From: Clostridia bacterium | Lineage (GTDB): Bacteria > Bacillota > Clostridia > UMGS1883 > UMGS1540 | Direction of reading: 5' to 3' | Assembly (NCBI GenBank): GCA_017436645.1 | Contig: JAFSCR010000025.1 | Location: 543-64,542, forward strand | Length of the DNA stretch: 64,000 bases | Shown here: piece by piece, positions 55,373 to 64,000 of the stretch | Layout of the letters: every line of letters begins with the position of its first letter | How positions within the stretch are numbered: the stretch's first letter is position 1 | The notes under the pieces: generated by a model | Databases searched by the model: none | Told to the model about the DNA's origin: nothing | The model's input: the letters and a program-made list of their open reading frames with translations, nothing else | Position numbers and translations under genes: made by a program

Positions 55373-57685
55373 CTACATTTTCGTTGAGTTTAAATCGAGC
55401 CTTGTAATAATGTCCTTCTGAATGGCGGGAGAAAGGTCTAAAAAGTTTACGAACGTGCCGTGAATCCGCATAATGTAAACGCCGCTGGGGGCATATTTTT
55501 TCGGGTTTTCCAAAACTTTGCGAAGCATGTCGGGCGTGGTGACGTTTACATAGAGGTAAAACGGCGAAACACCTTCCGAAAGCGGATTAAAGAAGAGGGG
55601 CAAAATCACATTTTCATAAAACTCTGTGCCTTTTTCCTCGTTTGTTTCACCACGGAAATATTTCGGGTCAATGCCGAGATGGGAAGCATAGCCGCCGCGG
55701 AATTTTTCAAAAGGCAGCTGCATATTGGAAAGCATACGGAAGCCGAGGCCCCCGCTCGCTTCGCCATATAAGGGGTCAACGCCATACCCCAGCATATCAC
55801 GGCTACGCCGTCCGTCAGGCGTGGCGCCCACCCAGTACCCGTAGGTAAGGTGGGTGGAAGGAGACGAAAAGTCAGGGCGGAAAGGATTGCCGAGATAGTT
55901 TTTCCGTTTTGAAAGCATATCGGAAACTCTTTCTGCGATTTCTGCCGCTTCCCTGTCAACTTCTTCGATGTTGTTGCCAAATTTCGGGCAGGCAAGAAGG
56001 AAAGTGCGTAATTCCTCATAGCCTTCAAAATTATTTTTGAGGGCAGAAAGGAGCATTTCCGCCCCGTCCGGATATTTTTCAAGAAATTTATCAATGGCGA
56101 TAAAGGAATCGGCTAAAACGGAAAGCCCGTGGATAAGACAGCCGCTTCCGTTATACTTTGTGCCCTGCACCTTTGTGTCCCGCATATCGGCGCCGTATTC
56201 CATGCCGCCCATAAAAACGCTTAAAAACGGCACGCGAAGATGGGAAAGGGCGCAGGATGCACCGTTTGCCGCCCGGCACATTTCGTCCATAACTTTTTCG
56301 AGGGTTTTATAGAAAGCTGTGCGAATCCGGGAAAGGTCATACGGCTCGGTCTCCATAAGCTTTTCGCCGGAAATGGCGGATGTACCGCCAAAGAGTACCA
56401 TTTCCAGAACTTTCGGAAGACTGAGCCAGCTGTTTGTGGTGTTGCCGTTGTCTTTTCCCATAATCAGGGGTTCCTGACAGCCTGCCACGGCATAGTCGGC
56501 AAGGTCCGCAGAATCAATGCCGTCATTTTCCAAAATGGCGAAAACCGAATCGTCATTAAAAAGGGACGGCGTCAGAACACCGGGGGAGAAGAAAAATCTG
56601 CCCATTTCTTCGTAAAGCTTTTGAGGCGTATTTTTGTGCAGCTTCACAGACAGAATAGGCTGGGGCAGGTTCATATCAAAGTAGGCATCGAGAATGGCGT
56701 AGGACATGGTGTTTGTAAGGTCCCTGCCCTCCGCATCCCGTCCGCTGATTAAAACGTTTTGAGAAATTGCCCAGCTTCTGTCCCCAACGTTATAGAAAAC
56801 AAGGAAATGCTTAAAAAGGGCGGCGGCTTCCTCTCTCGAAAGTGCGCCGCGGAAAGGCTCAAAAATTCTGTCCGCACCTCCGATGGAAAAGGCGTAAGGG
56901 TTCGGCGCCTGTTCAAGGCACATCACCTGCCAGAGGAGAAGGTAAAGCTGCATTGCCTCGTGCAGGTTTTTTGCACCCCCTGAAAGGATGGAAGAAAGAG
57001 AGGCTTCCATTTTGGAAATCCGCACCGTATTTTCCGCTGTCTTTTGTGCCTTAAGAATGGAAAGGTAGCGGCGAATAAGAATTTTCACGCCGTCCAAAGC
57101 GATGGCGGCGGCTTCATAAAAGGCACCGTCCTTCTTTTGGGCGTCGGCAATTAAGGCATCTATGCCGTAATGTAGGGCAAAGCGGAAATCGGGAATTACA
57201 TGCCCCGTTACCTGCTCAATGAAAAAAACAACTTCCCCTGTGTAGTTTTCCGCCTTTTTATATGTTTCGTTCAAAGCGGCAACCATGGGAGATTTTGCCG
57301 TGTGGGTGCGAACGCGTCCAATTCTTTCTTCCGTAAATTCTTCGTTTGGTGCAATGTCTCTATAAATGGCAAGGGGGTCGCAGTACCCCGAAAAGCCTTC
57401 CACCGTAAAGGAAGGGTTTATAAGGGCGTAGCTTTTTGCAAAGGCATCCCGCTGTGTGCCGACGAAGATGGCATTTTCGCTGACGGAGAGGGAAATGGTG
57501 CGAAGTACCTCACATAAAAGATGTGCCTTTTTGACCTCGGGATCAAACTTTGCATATTTTTCCTCCGAAAGCATTTCCGTTTCTTTGGCGAGAAACCATC
57601 CGTCAAGCCTTTTGATTTCCCGTTCTTCTCTGTAAAGTGCTTTTGCCATTTCCGTAATTTTTTCGGGGCTTAAAATCTGATTCAT
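55373..57685 (-). CDS. Glycyl radical enzyme (PFL superfamily), divergent, substrate unknown
   Basis: DYAVAGCQEP Cys loop, PKFGN, GATPDGR, and the C-terminal Gly loop IMRIHGTFVNFLDLSPAIQKDIITR. Confidence 0.85.
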   Translation of the reverse strand: MNQILSPEKITEMAKALYREEREIKRLDGWFLAKETEMLSEEKYAKFDPEVKKAHLLCEVLRTISLSVSENAIFVGTQRDAFAKSYALINPSFTVEGFSGYCDPLAIYRDIAPNEEFTEERIGRVRTHTAKSPMVAALNETYKKAENYTGEVVFFIEQVTGHVIPDFRFALHYGIDALIADAQKKDGAFYEAAAIALDGVKILIRRYLSILKAQKTAENTVRISKMEASLSSILSGGAKNLHEAMQLYLLLWQVMCLEQAPNPYAFSIGGADRIFEPFRGALSREEAAALFKHFLVFYNVGDRSWAISQNVLISGRDAEGRDLTNTMSYAILDAYFDMNLPQPILSVKLHKNTPQKLYEEMGRFFFSPGVLTPSLFNDDSVFAILENDGIDSADLADYAVAGCQEPLIMGKDNGNTTNSWLSLPKVLEMVLFGGTSAISGEKLMETEPYDLSRIRTAFYKTLEKVMDEMCRAANGASCALSHLRVPFLSVFMGGMEYGADMRDTKVQGTKYNGSGCLIHGLSVLADSFIAIDKFLEKYPDGAEMLLSALKNNFEGYEELRTFLLACPKFGNNIEEVDREAAEIAERVSDMLSKRKNYLGNPFRPDFSSPSTHLTYGYWVGATPDGRRSRDMLGYGVDPLYGEASGGLGFRMLSNMQLPFEKFRGGYASHLGIDPKYFRGETNEEKGTEFYENVILPLFFNPLSEGVSPFYLYVNVTTPDMLRKVLENPKKYAPSGVYIMRIHGTFVNFLDLSPAIQKDIITRLDLNSTKM

Positions 57686-57698
57686 ATTTTTCCTCCGT

Positions 57699-58400
57699 TT
57701 ATGTAGTGATTACTGAAAGACCGCGACTTTTAAATGCTTCTTTAAAAGCCGCCACCGTTTCCTTTGGCATAAATCCATCTTGAACAAGGTAAGGCGTTTT
57801 CCATTTTTCCTTGCCGTATTCGTGATAGGGCAAAAATTCAAAACACGTGTTTTTTGTGTCGTACTTTGCAAAGAAATCTGCAAAAGCCTCGGGGAAATTG
57901 CCGTTAAATTCCCGAATGAGGGGGATGCGGATGTGTTGCCTTTGTCCCGAATTGCAGTTTTTCGCAAAGTTCTGCAAGGTCACTTCGTTTCCGAGACCCG
58001 TATATGCTTTATGCACCGCAGGGTCATAATGCTTTATATCCATAATGAGATAATCGATAAAAGGGAGAAGATCCCCGAGCTTTTCCGAAGAGCCGTTTGT
58101 TTCAAGGCAGGTGTGAATGCCCTCTTTTTTCAGAAGCTTTAAAAGAGACAAAAGTTCATCAAATTGAAGGGTTGCCTCACCGCCCGTAAACGTAACGCCG
58201 CCGCCCGAAAAAAAGAGCTTCCGACTTCTTATGCATTCTGAAAGGAGTGTTTCGACTGTATATTCTTCCCCTGCCTCCCCCGAAAACCCTTCGGGATTCG
58301 AGCACCAGATGCAGCGCATATTGCAGCCTGCAAGGTGGTAAACGAGGCGGTTTCCCGGTCCGTCCTGAGAAAAGTTAAATCCTTTTTGAAAAATCCGCAT
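57699..58400 (-). CDS. Glycyl-radical activating enzyme (radical SAM)
   Basis: DGPG-x-R, GCNMRCIWCSNPE (CxxxCxxC), GGVTFTGGE, ETNG, DIK and LPYH motifs. Confidence 0.93.
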   Translation of the reverse strand: MRIFQKGFNFSQDGPGNRLVYHLAGCNMRCIWCSNPEGFSGEAGEEYTVETLLSECIRSRKLFFSGGGVTFTGGEATLQFDELLSLLKLLKKEGIHTCLETNGSSEKLGDLLPFIDYLIMDIKHYDPAVHKAYTGLGNEVTLQNFAKNCNSGQRQHIRIPLIREFNGNFPEAFADFFAKYDTKNTCFEFLPYHEYGKEKWKTPYLVQDGFMPKETVAAFKEAFKSRGLSVITT

Positions 58401-58516
58401 GCTACTTCTCCGATTATGTTTTTTTCTATTATAACACGGAAGGCATTGGGAGAAAAATTGACAAAAAGGAAAAAATGATGTAAAATAAAGAAAATATTTT
58501 CGAAAGGAAGGCTTGC

Positions 58517-59317
58517 ATGTACGCTTTTTTCTCTCCGGACGTCCGCCATCATATCACGGAAGCAAACGTAAATTACTATAAAAATCCTTTTATGCATCCT
58601 TCCCGCACCATGGCGGAGCATGATTTTATTTATATTTTGCAGGGGGAATGGAAATTCGGGCAAAACGGCGTTTGCCTTCCCGCAAAAAAGGATTCCCTTC
58701 TGATTCTGAGCGCTATGGAGCATCACTATGGCGTGGAGGAATGTACAAAGGGAACAAAAACCATGTATTTCCACGTAAGCCGCGAGATGGGGGACCGCTT
58801 TTCGGATTTAAAAGAGAAATGCGGGGAAGAAATTATGGCGGCAACGCTTCTGGATGCCGGCGGCATTCCCAAAATCAAAAAGTATTTTTCAAATATAGTT
58901 TCCGCAAAGCTTGCAGGAAAGGAAAGAGAAGCGGACGTGTGGTTTGACCTTCTGCTTTGCACCGTCGCGGAAGCGATGGAAAGCGGCGAAAGATCCGATA
59001 TTGCCGAACAGCTGAAGCACATTATTCATAAAAACCCCGAAATTTTTTATTCCAATGAAAAGCTTGCAAAGCTGGTGAAGGTTTCCGTAAAAACGGCGGA
59101 GAATAAGTTTAAAGCTGCCACGGGGCTTACCCTTCACCAGTATCTTCTGCAGTTTAAAATGGAGGAAGCCGTTTCCTATTTTAAAATTTTCCCCGAGCTT
59201 TCCGTAAAGGAAGTTGCCCATAACCTCGGGTTTTATGATGAATACCATTTTGCGAAGCAGTTTAAAAGACTCATGGGCAAATCTCCCGGCAAATATAAAA
59301 AAGAACTTTCCGAATAA
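58517..59317 (+). CDS. AraC family regulator, divergent from the GRE operon
   Basis: HP-x-R-x-M-x-EHD cupin sensor; LGFYDEYHF-x-KQFK-x3-G-x-SP; TTGACA-17-TAAAAT upstream. Confidence 0.92.
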   Translation: MYAFFSPDVRHHITEANVNYYKNPFMHPSRTMAEHDFIYILQGEWKFGQNGVCLPAKKDSLLILSAMEHHYGVEECTKGTKTMYFHVSREMGDRFSDLKEKCGEEIMAATLLDAGGIPKIKKYFSNIVSAKLAGKEREADVWFDLLLCTVAEAMESGERSDIAEQLKHIIHKNPEIFYSNEKLAKLVKVSVKTAENKFKAATGLTLHQYLLQFKMEEAVSYFKIFPELSVKEVAHNLGFYDEYHFAKQFKRLMGKSPGKYKKELSE

Positions 59318-59350
59318 AAGGCAGACAAGGTTCCCTTCGTCTGCCTTTTT
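59316..59350 (+). terminator. Intrinsic terminator
   Basis: AAAAGGCAGAC...GTCTGCCTTTTT. Confidence 0.7.
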
Positions 59351-59374
59351 CATATACTGAAAGAAAAAAGCGAG

Positions 59375-60676
59375 GTGTATATTTTGGAAATTCATGTTGT
59401 CAGACGGGGCGATACCGTCTCCGCCATTGCAAGGCGTTATGGCGTGTCGGCCAGCCGCATTCTTTCCGATAACGGCCTTCCCGCCCGTCAGCCTTTAGTG
59501 GTGGGGCAGGCGCTTCTCATTTTGTTTCCCGAGGAAATTTATACCGTGCGGCAGGGGGACTCTCTTTTCTCCATTGCGAGAAGATTCGGCACTACGGCCG
59601 ATGCGCTCCGCCGAAATAATCCGGAGCTGATTTTAAATCCCACCCTTTTCCCCGGCCAGCAGATTACCATTTCCTTTTCCGATGCAAAGCGCCGCACCAT
59701 AACCGTAGGCGGTTATGCATACCCCAACATAAACCGCGCCACTCTTTCTCTTACGGTGCCGTTTCTCTCCCGCCTTACCCCCTTCGGCTACGGCTTTACG
59801 GAAAACGGTAATCTCATTTCCATAAATGATGCCCGCCTTATCGAAGCGGCTCTTTCGGAAAATGCGGCGCCCTATATGCTCCTTTCCTCCATTACCGAGG
59901 ACGGCAACTTCAGCGGCGAAAGAGCGTCCGCTCTCTTCCGAAGCGAGAGTCTCCAAAACAGGGTGCTTGCATCCATTGTTGAAACCATGCAAAGAAAGGG
60001 ATATCAGGGCCTCGATATTGACTTTGAATATATTCCGCCCGAGGACAGCGACGGCTTTTTGAGGTTTTTGGAAAATGCCACGGAAAAACTTCACGCTGCA
60101 GGGTACCCTACCCATTGCGATCTTGCGCCGAAAACCTACGCCGACCAGCCGGGCCTTCTTTATGAAGCGCACCGCTACGGGGAAATCGGTAATATTGTGG
60201 ACACCGTTCTTCTCATGACGTACGAATGGGGTTATTCCTACGGGCCGCCCCTTGCGGTGGCACCGCTTTCTGAGGTGCGAAGGGTGGTTCAATATGCGGT
60301 GACGGAAATTCCGAGAAACAAAATCCTCATGGGCATCCCCAATTACGGGTACGACTGGACCCTTCCCTACGAAAAGGGCAACCGTGCCCGAAACATCGGC
60401 AATGAAGAGGCGGTGCGGATAGCCGCCGAGCGTGGTGCGGAAATTCTGTTTGACGAAAAATCCGCCTCCCCCTATTTTTATTATCGGGATAATACCGGAC
60501 GGCGTCACGTAGTCTGGTTTGAAGATGTTCGCTCCATTTCGGCAAAATACGACCTTTTGGACGAATTCGGTCTCCTCGGCACCGCCTACTGGACCATTAT
60601 GCGCCCCTTCCGCCAGAACTGGGCATTCGTAAACGCCCTTTATAACATAAGGAAGGGAAGACCTACAATCGGTTAA
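59375..60676 (+). CDS. yaaH: Two LysM domains plus GH18 spore germination/cortex N-acetylglucosaminidase (YaaH/SleL-like)
   Basis: Two LysM domains (HVV-x2-GDT, YTVRQGDSL); GLDIDFE, LMTYEWG, GIPNYGYDW and VWFED motifs. Confidence 0.88.
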   Translation: MYILEIHVVRRGDTVSAIARRYGVSASRILSDNGLPARQPLVVGQALLILFPEEIYTVRQGDSLFSIARRFGTTADALRRNNPELILNPTLFPGQQITISFSDAKRRTITVGGYAYPNINRATLSLTVPFLSRLTPFGYGFTENGNLISINDARLIEAALSENAAPYMLLSSITEDGNFSGERASALFRSESLQNRVLASIVETMQRKGYQGLDIDFEYIPPEDSDGFLRFLENATEKLHAAGYPTHCDLAPKTYADQPGLLYEAHRYGEIGNIVDTVLLMTYEWGYSYGPPLAVAPLSEVRRVVQYAVTEIPRNKILMGIPNYGYDWTLPYEKGNRARNIGNEEAVRIAAERGAEILFDEKSASPYFYYRDNTGRRHVVWFEDVRSISAKYDLLDEFGLLGTAYWTIMRPFRQNWAFVNALYNIRKGRPTIG

Positions 60677-60742
60677 AAACCTCTTGCCTTTTTTTCTGTG
60701 TAATGTTATAATATAGAAAAAACAAGGAAAAGAGGAAAAACG

Positions 60743-62137
60743 ATGAAAGCTTTCATGGATAAAGATTTTATGCTGCAGTCTGACACTGCAAAAACCCTGT
60801 ATCATGACTATGCTGCAAAAATGCCCATTATCGATTACCATTGCCATCTCATTCCCAGAGAAATCTGTGAGAACAGACAGTTTAAAAACATCACCGAAAT
60901 CTGGCTCGGCGGTGACCATTATAAATGGCGTGTTATGCGTTCCAACGGCATTGACGAAGCATATATGACGGGTGATAAGTCGGACTTTGAAAAATTTGAA
61001 GCTTTTGCCAAAAGCTTAAAGTATGCCATCGGCAACCCCATGTACCATTGGACACATCTGGAGCTTCAGCGCTATTTCGGCATTGAAGATATTTTAAATG
61101 AAAAGAGCGCTCGTGATATTTACGACAGATGTAATAAACTGATTGCAGGCGGCGGCTTTTCTGCTATGGACTTTATCGAAAAGTCCAACGTGGAAACCAT
61201 CTGCACCACCGATGACCCCGTAGACTCGCTCGAATACCATATCGAACTGAAAAAGCAGGATAAAGTAAAAGTTCTGCCCACATTCCGCCCCGATAAGGCT
61301 GTAAACTGTGAGCAGGAAACCTTCGTTCCTTATATAAAGGAACTGGAAAAGGTTGCAGGCACATCCATTTCCGATATTGACGGTCTCAGCGCCGCCCTTT
61401 TGGACAGAATCAATTTCTTCCACTCCGTCGGCTGCCGTGTATCCGACCACGCTCTCGCCGGCGTTCCCTTCGGCAAAACAAACAGGGAAATGGCAAACGC
61501 TTCCTTTAAAAAGGCCATGGCAGGGGATGCACTTTCCGAAGACGAAATCAATGCCTATAAAACTTACATGCTTCTTTTCTTTGCGGCAGAATACCATAAG
61601 CGTGACTGGGCCATGCAGCTCCACATCGGTGCCCTTCGCAATAACAATACAAGTATGTATAAAAAGCTCGGCCCCGATACAGGCTTTGACTCGATTGACG
61701 ATCAGAATATCGCCGCCCCCCTCTCATCACTCCTTAATGCCTGCAATGAAAGTGGCAGACTCCCCAAAACAATTCTTTATACCTTAAACCCCAAGGATAA
61801 TTACGTTCTCGCCACCATGCTCGGTAACTTCCAGGGTACGGAAGCACCCTCCAAAATTCAGTTCGGCTCCGGCTGGTGGTTCAATGACCAGCGTGACGGC
61901 ATGGAGGGCCAGATGCGTGCCCTTGCAAACCTCGGTCTCCTCGGCAGATTCGTCGGCATGCTCACAGACTCAAGAAGCTTCCTTTCCTACACACGCCACG
62001 AATATTTCCGCCGCATTATGTGTAACCTCATCGGCACTTGGGTGGAAAATGGGGAATATCCTGCCGATTTTGAGGCTCTGGGCGAAATCGTCCAAGGCAT
62101 CAGCTACAAGAACGCTAAAAATTACTTTAATTTCTAA
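60743..62137 (+). CDS. uxaC: Uronate (glucuronate) isomerase
   Basis: PIIDYHCHL, GDHYKWR, GNP-x-YHW-x-HLEL, TTDDP, GSGWWFND and GMLTDSRSFLSY-x-RHEYFRR motifs. Confidence 0.97.
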   Translation: MKAFMDKDFMLQSDTAKTLYHDYAAKMPIIDYHCHLIPREICENRQFKNITEIWLGGDHYKWRVMRSNGIDEAYMTGDKSDFEKFEAFAKSLKYAIGNPMYHWTHLELQRYFGIEDILNEKSARDIYDRCNKLIAGGGFSAMDFIEKSNVETICTTDDPVDSLEYHIELKKQDKVKVLPTFRPDKAVNCEQETFVPYIKELEKVAGTSISDIDGLSAALLDRINFFHSVGCRVSDHALAGVPFGKTNREMANASFKKAMAGDALSEDEINAYKTYMLLFFAAEYHKRDWAMQLHIGALRNNNTSMYKKLGPDTGFDSIDDQNIAAPLSSLLNACNESGRLPKTILYTLNPKDNYVLATMLGNFQGTEAPSKIQFGSGWWFNDQRDGMEGQMRALANLGLLGRFVGMLTDSRSFLSYTRHEYFRRIMCNLIGTWVENGEYPADFEALGEIVQGISYKNAKNYFNF

Positions 62138-62142
62138 AAAGC

Positions 62143-62175
62143 AAAACGAAGGTGCAAAATGCACCTTCGTTTTTT
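62143..62175 (+). terminator. Intrinsic terminator of uxaC
   Basis: AAAACGAAGGTGCA-AAA-TGCACCTTCGTTTTTT. Confidence 0.85.
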
Positions 62176-62289
62176 ATGTTTCGCACAAAAAAATAAAAAC
62201 GCCAAAACGAGAAAACGACATTTTTTCAAAGCCAATTTATATATTTTAAACAAAAAAATATGAATTATTTAAATAATTTTACAAAATGC

Positions 62290-62318
62290 TTGCAATTCGG
62301 TAAAAAAATCGGTATAAT
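62290..62318 (+). promoter_or_regulatory. SigA-type promoter of the surface protein gene
   Basis: TTGCAA-17-TATAAT, about 150 nt upstream of the ATG. Confidence 0.65.
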
Positions 62319-62469
62319 ATAAGAGCATGGTTGTATAGAATCGTGTTTTTGTCTTTAAAAATGTAATTTTATACGGGCGTGTATGCGAAAGGAGGGCGTA
62401 GATTTTGCCGAAAAATCTACGTATTCGCAGAAAAATTAATTTCCAATAAAAAGGAAAGGGGTAATACAC

Positions 62470-64000
62470 ATGTTCAAAGGAACAAACAAAATTGCAAAAG
62501 TCCTTGCTCTGGCACTGGCTCTGTGCATGCTTCCCATGGCTGCATTTGCAGAAGCTCCCACAGCAAAGACGGTTGCTATCACCACAACTGCAGACGCTGC
62601 AGCAGCAGCTTATGAAGCAGGTGAAGCAATTGAAATCGCAGGTACAACAACCAGCGGCACCGTAACAATGCTCGCAGTTCGTGATGCAGATGAGGTTGCA
62701 GAAGGCGCACTGACTACTGAATTCGACTTCACAAAAGTCGTTTATGCAGGTCAGAAGGCAGCTTCCGAAGGTGCATTCTCCTTCAAGTTCTTCCCCAAGG
62801 CTGACGTTGCCGGTGCTATGATTACCGTATTCGTTGGCGGCGAAGGCGTAAGCGACCTGGCTACACTTTCTTTCTCCGTTGCAGAACCCGCTCCGGCTAT
62901 GGCAGCTGAATGGTACAAGGGTGAAGATCTGACGATCACACTCTCCAGAGTTACAGATCCTACTGCTCAGGCAGCATGGTGGGCTGCTGTTGACTCTTTC
63001 AAGATCGGCGAAACCGAAATTTCTAAAGATGACGTTACTATTGTAGATAATACAACCATTACCTTTACTGCAGCTTACCTTGCAGGAAAGAGCATCACTT
63101 CTATCACAAGCATTACTGCAGTAGATAATGACGGTATTTACAACACTGCAAAGGCAACAGGCCTCAGCCTTCCCGCTCCCAAGCCCGCAGGTGCAATCAC
63201 AGTAACCTATCCTGCTGAAAAGGATTACTACATTGCGGGTGCAGATGTAGGCGTAGCCGTAGCAAACAGTTCTGATTTCGGTTCGGATTGGCTTGCTGCT
63301 CTCCAAGATCGCACAGCCGTTGTTGAAGTTAACGGTGTAGAGACCGAATACCTATACTATCCGTATCTGTATATAACCTTTACTACTTTTGCAGATGACT
63401 TTGAGGAAGGCAGCTATACTATCGTAATTAAGGTTGACGATTACGAAGATACAACCGCAACAATCGCATTCAAAGCTTCCGCTCCCCTCGATGCTCCTTC
63501 CGTTGCAGCACCCGTTGATGCATTTATGAATGCTTGGATGGATGCAGCTCCCGAAGTTGCTGACAAGGATGAACTGTACGGTAAGTACGCAGTTGAACTT
63601 CCCGCTACCGGCGAAAACGGTTCCACCATTACATGGAGCGTAAAGGTTGACGAAGCTGAATATGTAGCTGCTTCCGGCACATACGAACTCGTTCGTCCCG
63701 CTACAGACGGTGCAGATTCCGCATCATATACCTTCAAGGCTCTGGTTTCCGGCGTAGGTAAGGACGTTGAAGTAGGTCCTTTCCCCGCAATCGAAGTGAA
63801 TAAGTACGGCACACCTGTTCACGGTCACGGCGCACCTTCCATCACAGGCGTTGCAATCACACCCGCTCCCGAAGCTGACAATGTAGTTGCAGGCATTGCA
63901 CTTACAGCAGCTACCGAAGGCTTCTATGATAACAAGGGTTATGCAGATGCATCCACCTTCACATGGACTGTTGAAGGCAAGGATCCTGTTGCAGGCGCTA
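62470..64000 (+). CDS. Large secreted/surface protein with Ig-like beta-sandwich domains, 3' end outside the window
   Basis: ATG 62470 after GGAAAGGGG; signal peptide MFKGTNKIAKVLALALALCMLPMAAFA; open to the window end; high-expression codons; DUF1533-like GSYTIVIKVDDYED and Ig-like LPATGENGSTITWS segments. Not in the ORF track. Confidence 0.88.
   Translation, partial: MFKGTNKIAKVLALALALCMLPMAAFAEAPTAKTVAITTTADAAAAAYEAGEAIEIAGTTTSGTVTMLAVRDADEVAEGALTTEFDFTKVVYAGQKAASEGAFSFKFFPKADVAGAMITVFVGGEGVSDLATLSFSVAEPAPAMAAEWYKGEDLTITLSRVTDPTAQAAWWAAVDSFKIGETEISKDDVTIVDNTTITFTAAYLAGKSITSITSITAVDNDGIYNTAKATGLSLPAPKPAGAITVTYPAEKDYYIAGADVGVAVANSSDFGSDWLAALQDRTAVVEVNGVETEYLYYPYLYITFTTFADDFEEGSYTIVIKVDDYEDTTATIAFKASAPLDAPSVAAPVDAFMNAWMDAAPEVADKDELYGKYAVELPATGENGSTITWSVKVDEAEYVAASGTYELVRPATDGADSASYTFKALVSGVGKDVEVGPFPAIEVNKYGTPVHGHGAPSITGVAITPAPEADNVVAGIALTAATEGFYDNKGYADASTFTWTVEGKDPVAGA

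Noticed and set aside
55373-57685. Annotation as pyruvate formate-lyase (pflB)
   Set aside because: It lacks the adjacent Cys-Cys pair and RVSGY motif, and its context is sugar catabolism.
52112-59350. tRNA-Arg as the integration site of the GRE operon
   Set aside because: The operon lies on the tRNA's 5' side, and I found no duplicated tRNA 3' end or integrase.
59633-60919. 428-aa minus-strand ORF
   Set aside because: Overlaps yaaH-like and uxaC in antisense; no motif support.
62269-63306. 345-aa Cys-rich minus-strand ORF
   Set aside because: Reverse complement of the Ala/Thr-rich surface protein gene (GCA/ACA read as TGC/TGT); the real gene is on the plus strand from 62470.

Overview
This window comes from a spore-forming Clostridia-type genome (inferred from spoIVB, a LysM-GH18 spore enzyme and an SLH S-layer protein). 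1-15.3 kb is the 3' part of a cell-surface polysaccharide locus: glycosyltransferases, two tandem EpsG-type polymerases, a pyruvyltransferase with an FrhB-like partner, a flippase, LicD/TagD and the UDP-L-FucNAc genes. It is followed by tRNA-Ala(CGC), a LarA-superfamily epimerase with a mannonate oxidoreductase, and a highly expressed S-layer gene with a structured leader. About 24.6-47.1 kb is a mosaic catabolic island of sugar-acid, phosphoester and D-amino-acid modules with their own regulators. The island abuts the 3' end of spoIVB and contains two extra, displaced copies of the spoIVB 3' end, each followed by the same terminator. Next come a MATE transporter, an orphan type IIA topoisomerase B subunit and tRNA-Arg(CCT). 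At 52.2-59.3 kb is an AraC-controlled operon with a divergent glycyl radical enzyme (RIHGTF Gly loop), its activase, a GH172/DUF2961 hydrolase, an SGNH hydrolase and a sedoheptulokinase-like kinase. The window ends with yaaH-like, uxaC and the 5' part of a large surface protein gene. The best candidates for new biology are the spoIVB-anchored cassette array and the glycyl radical sugar operon. All calls come from reading motifs by eye; no database searches were run.
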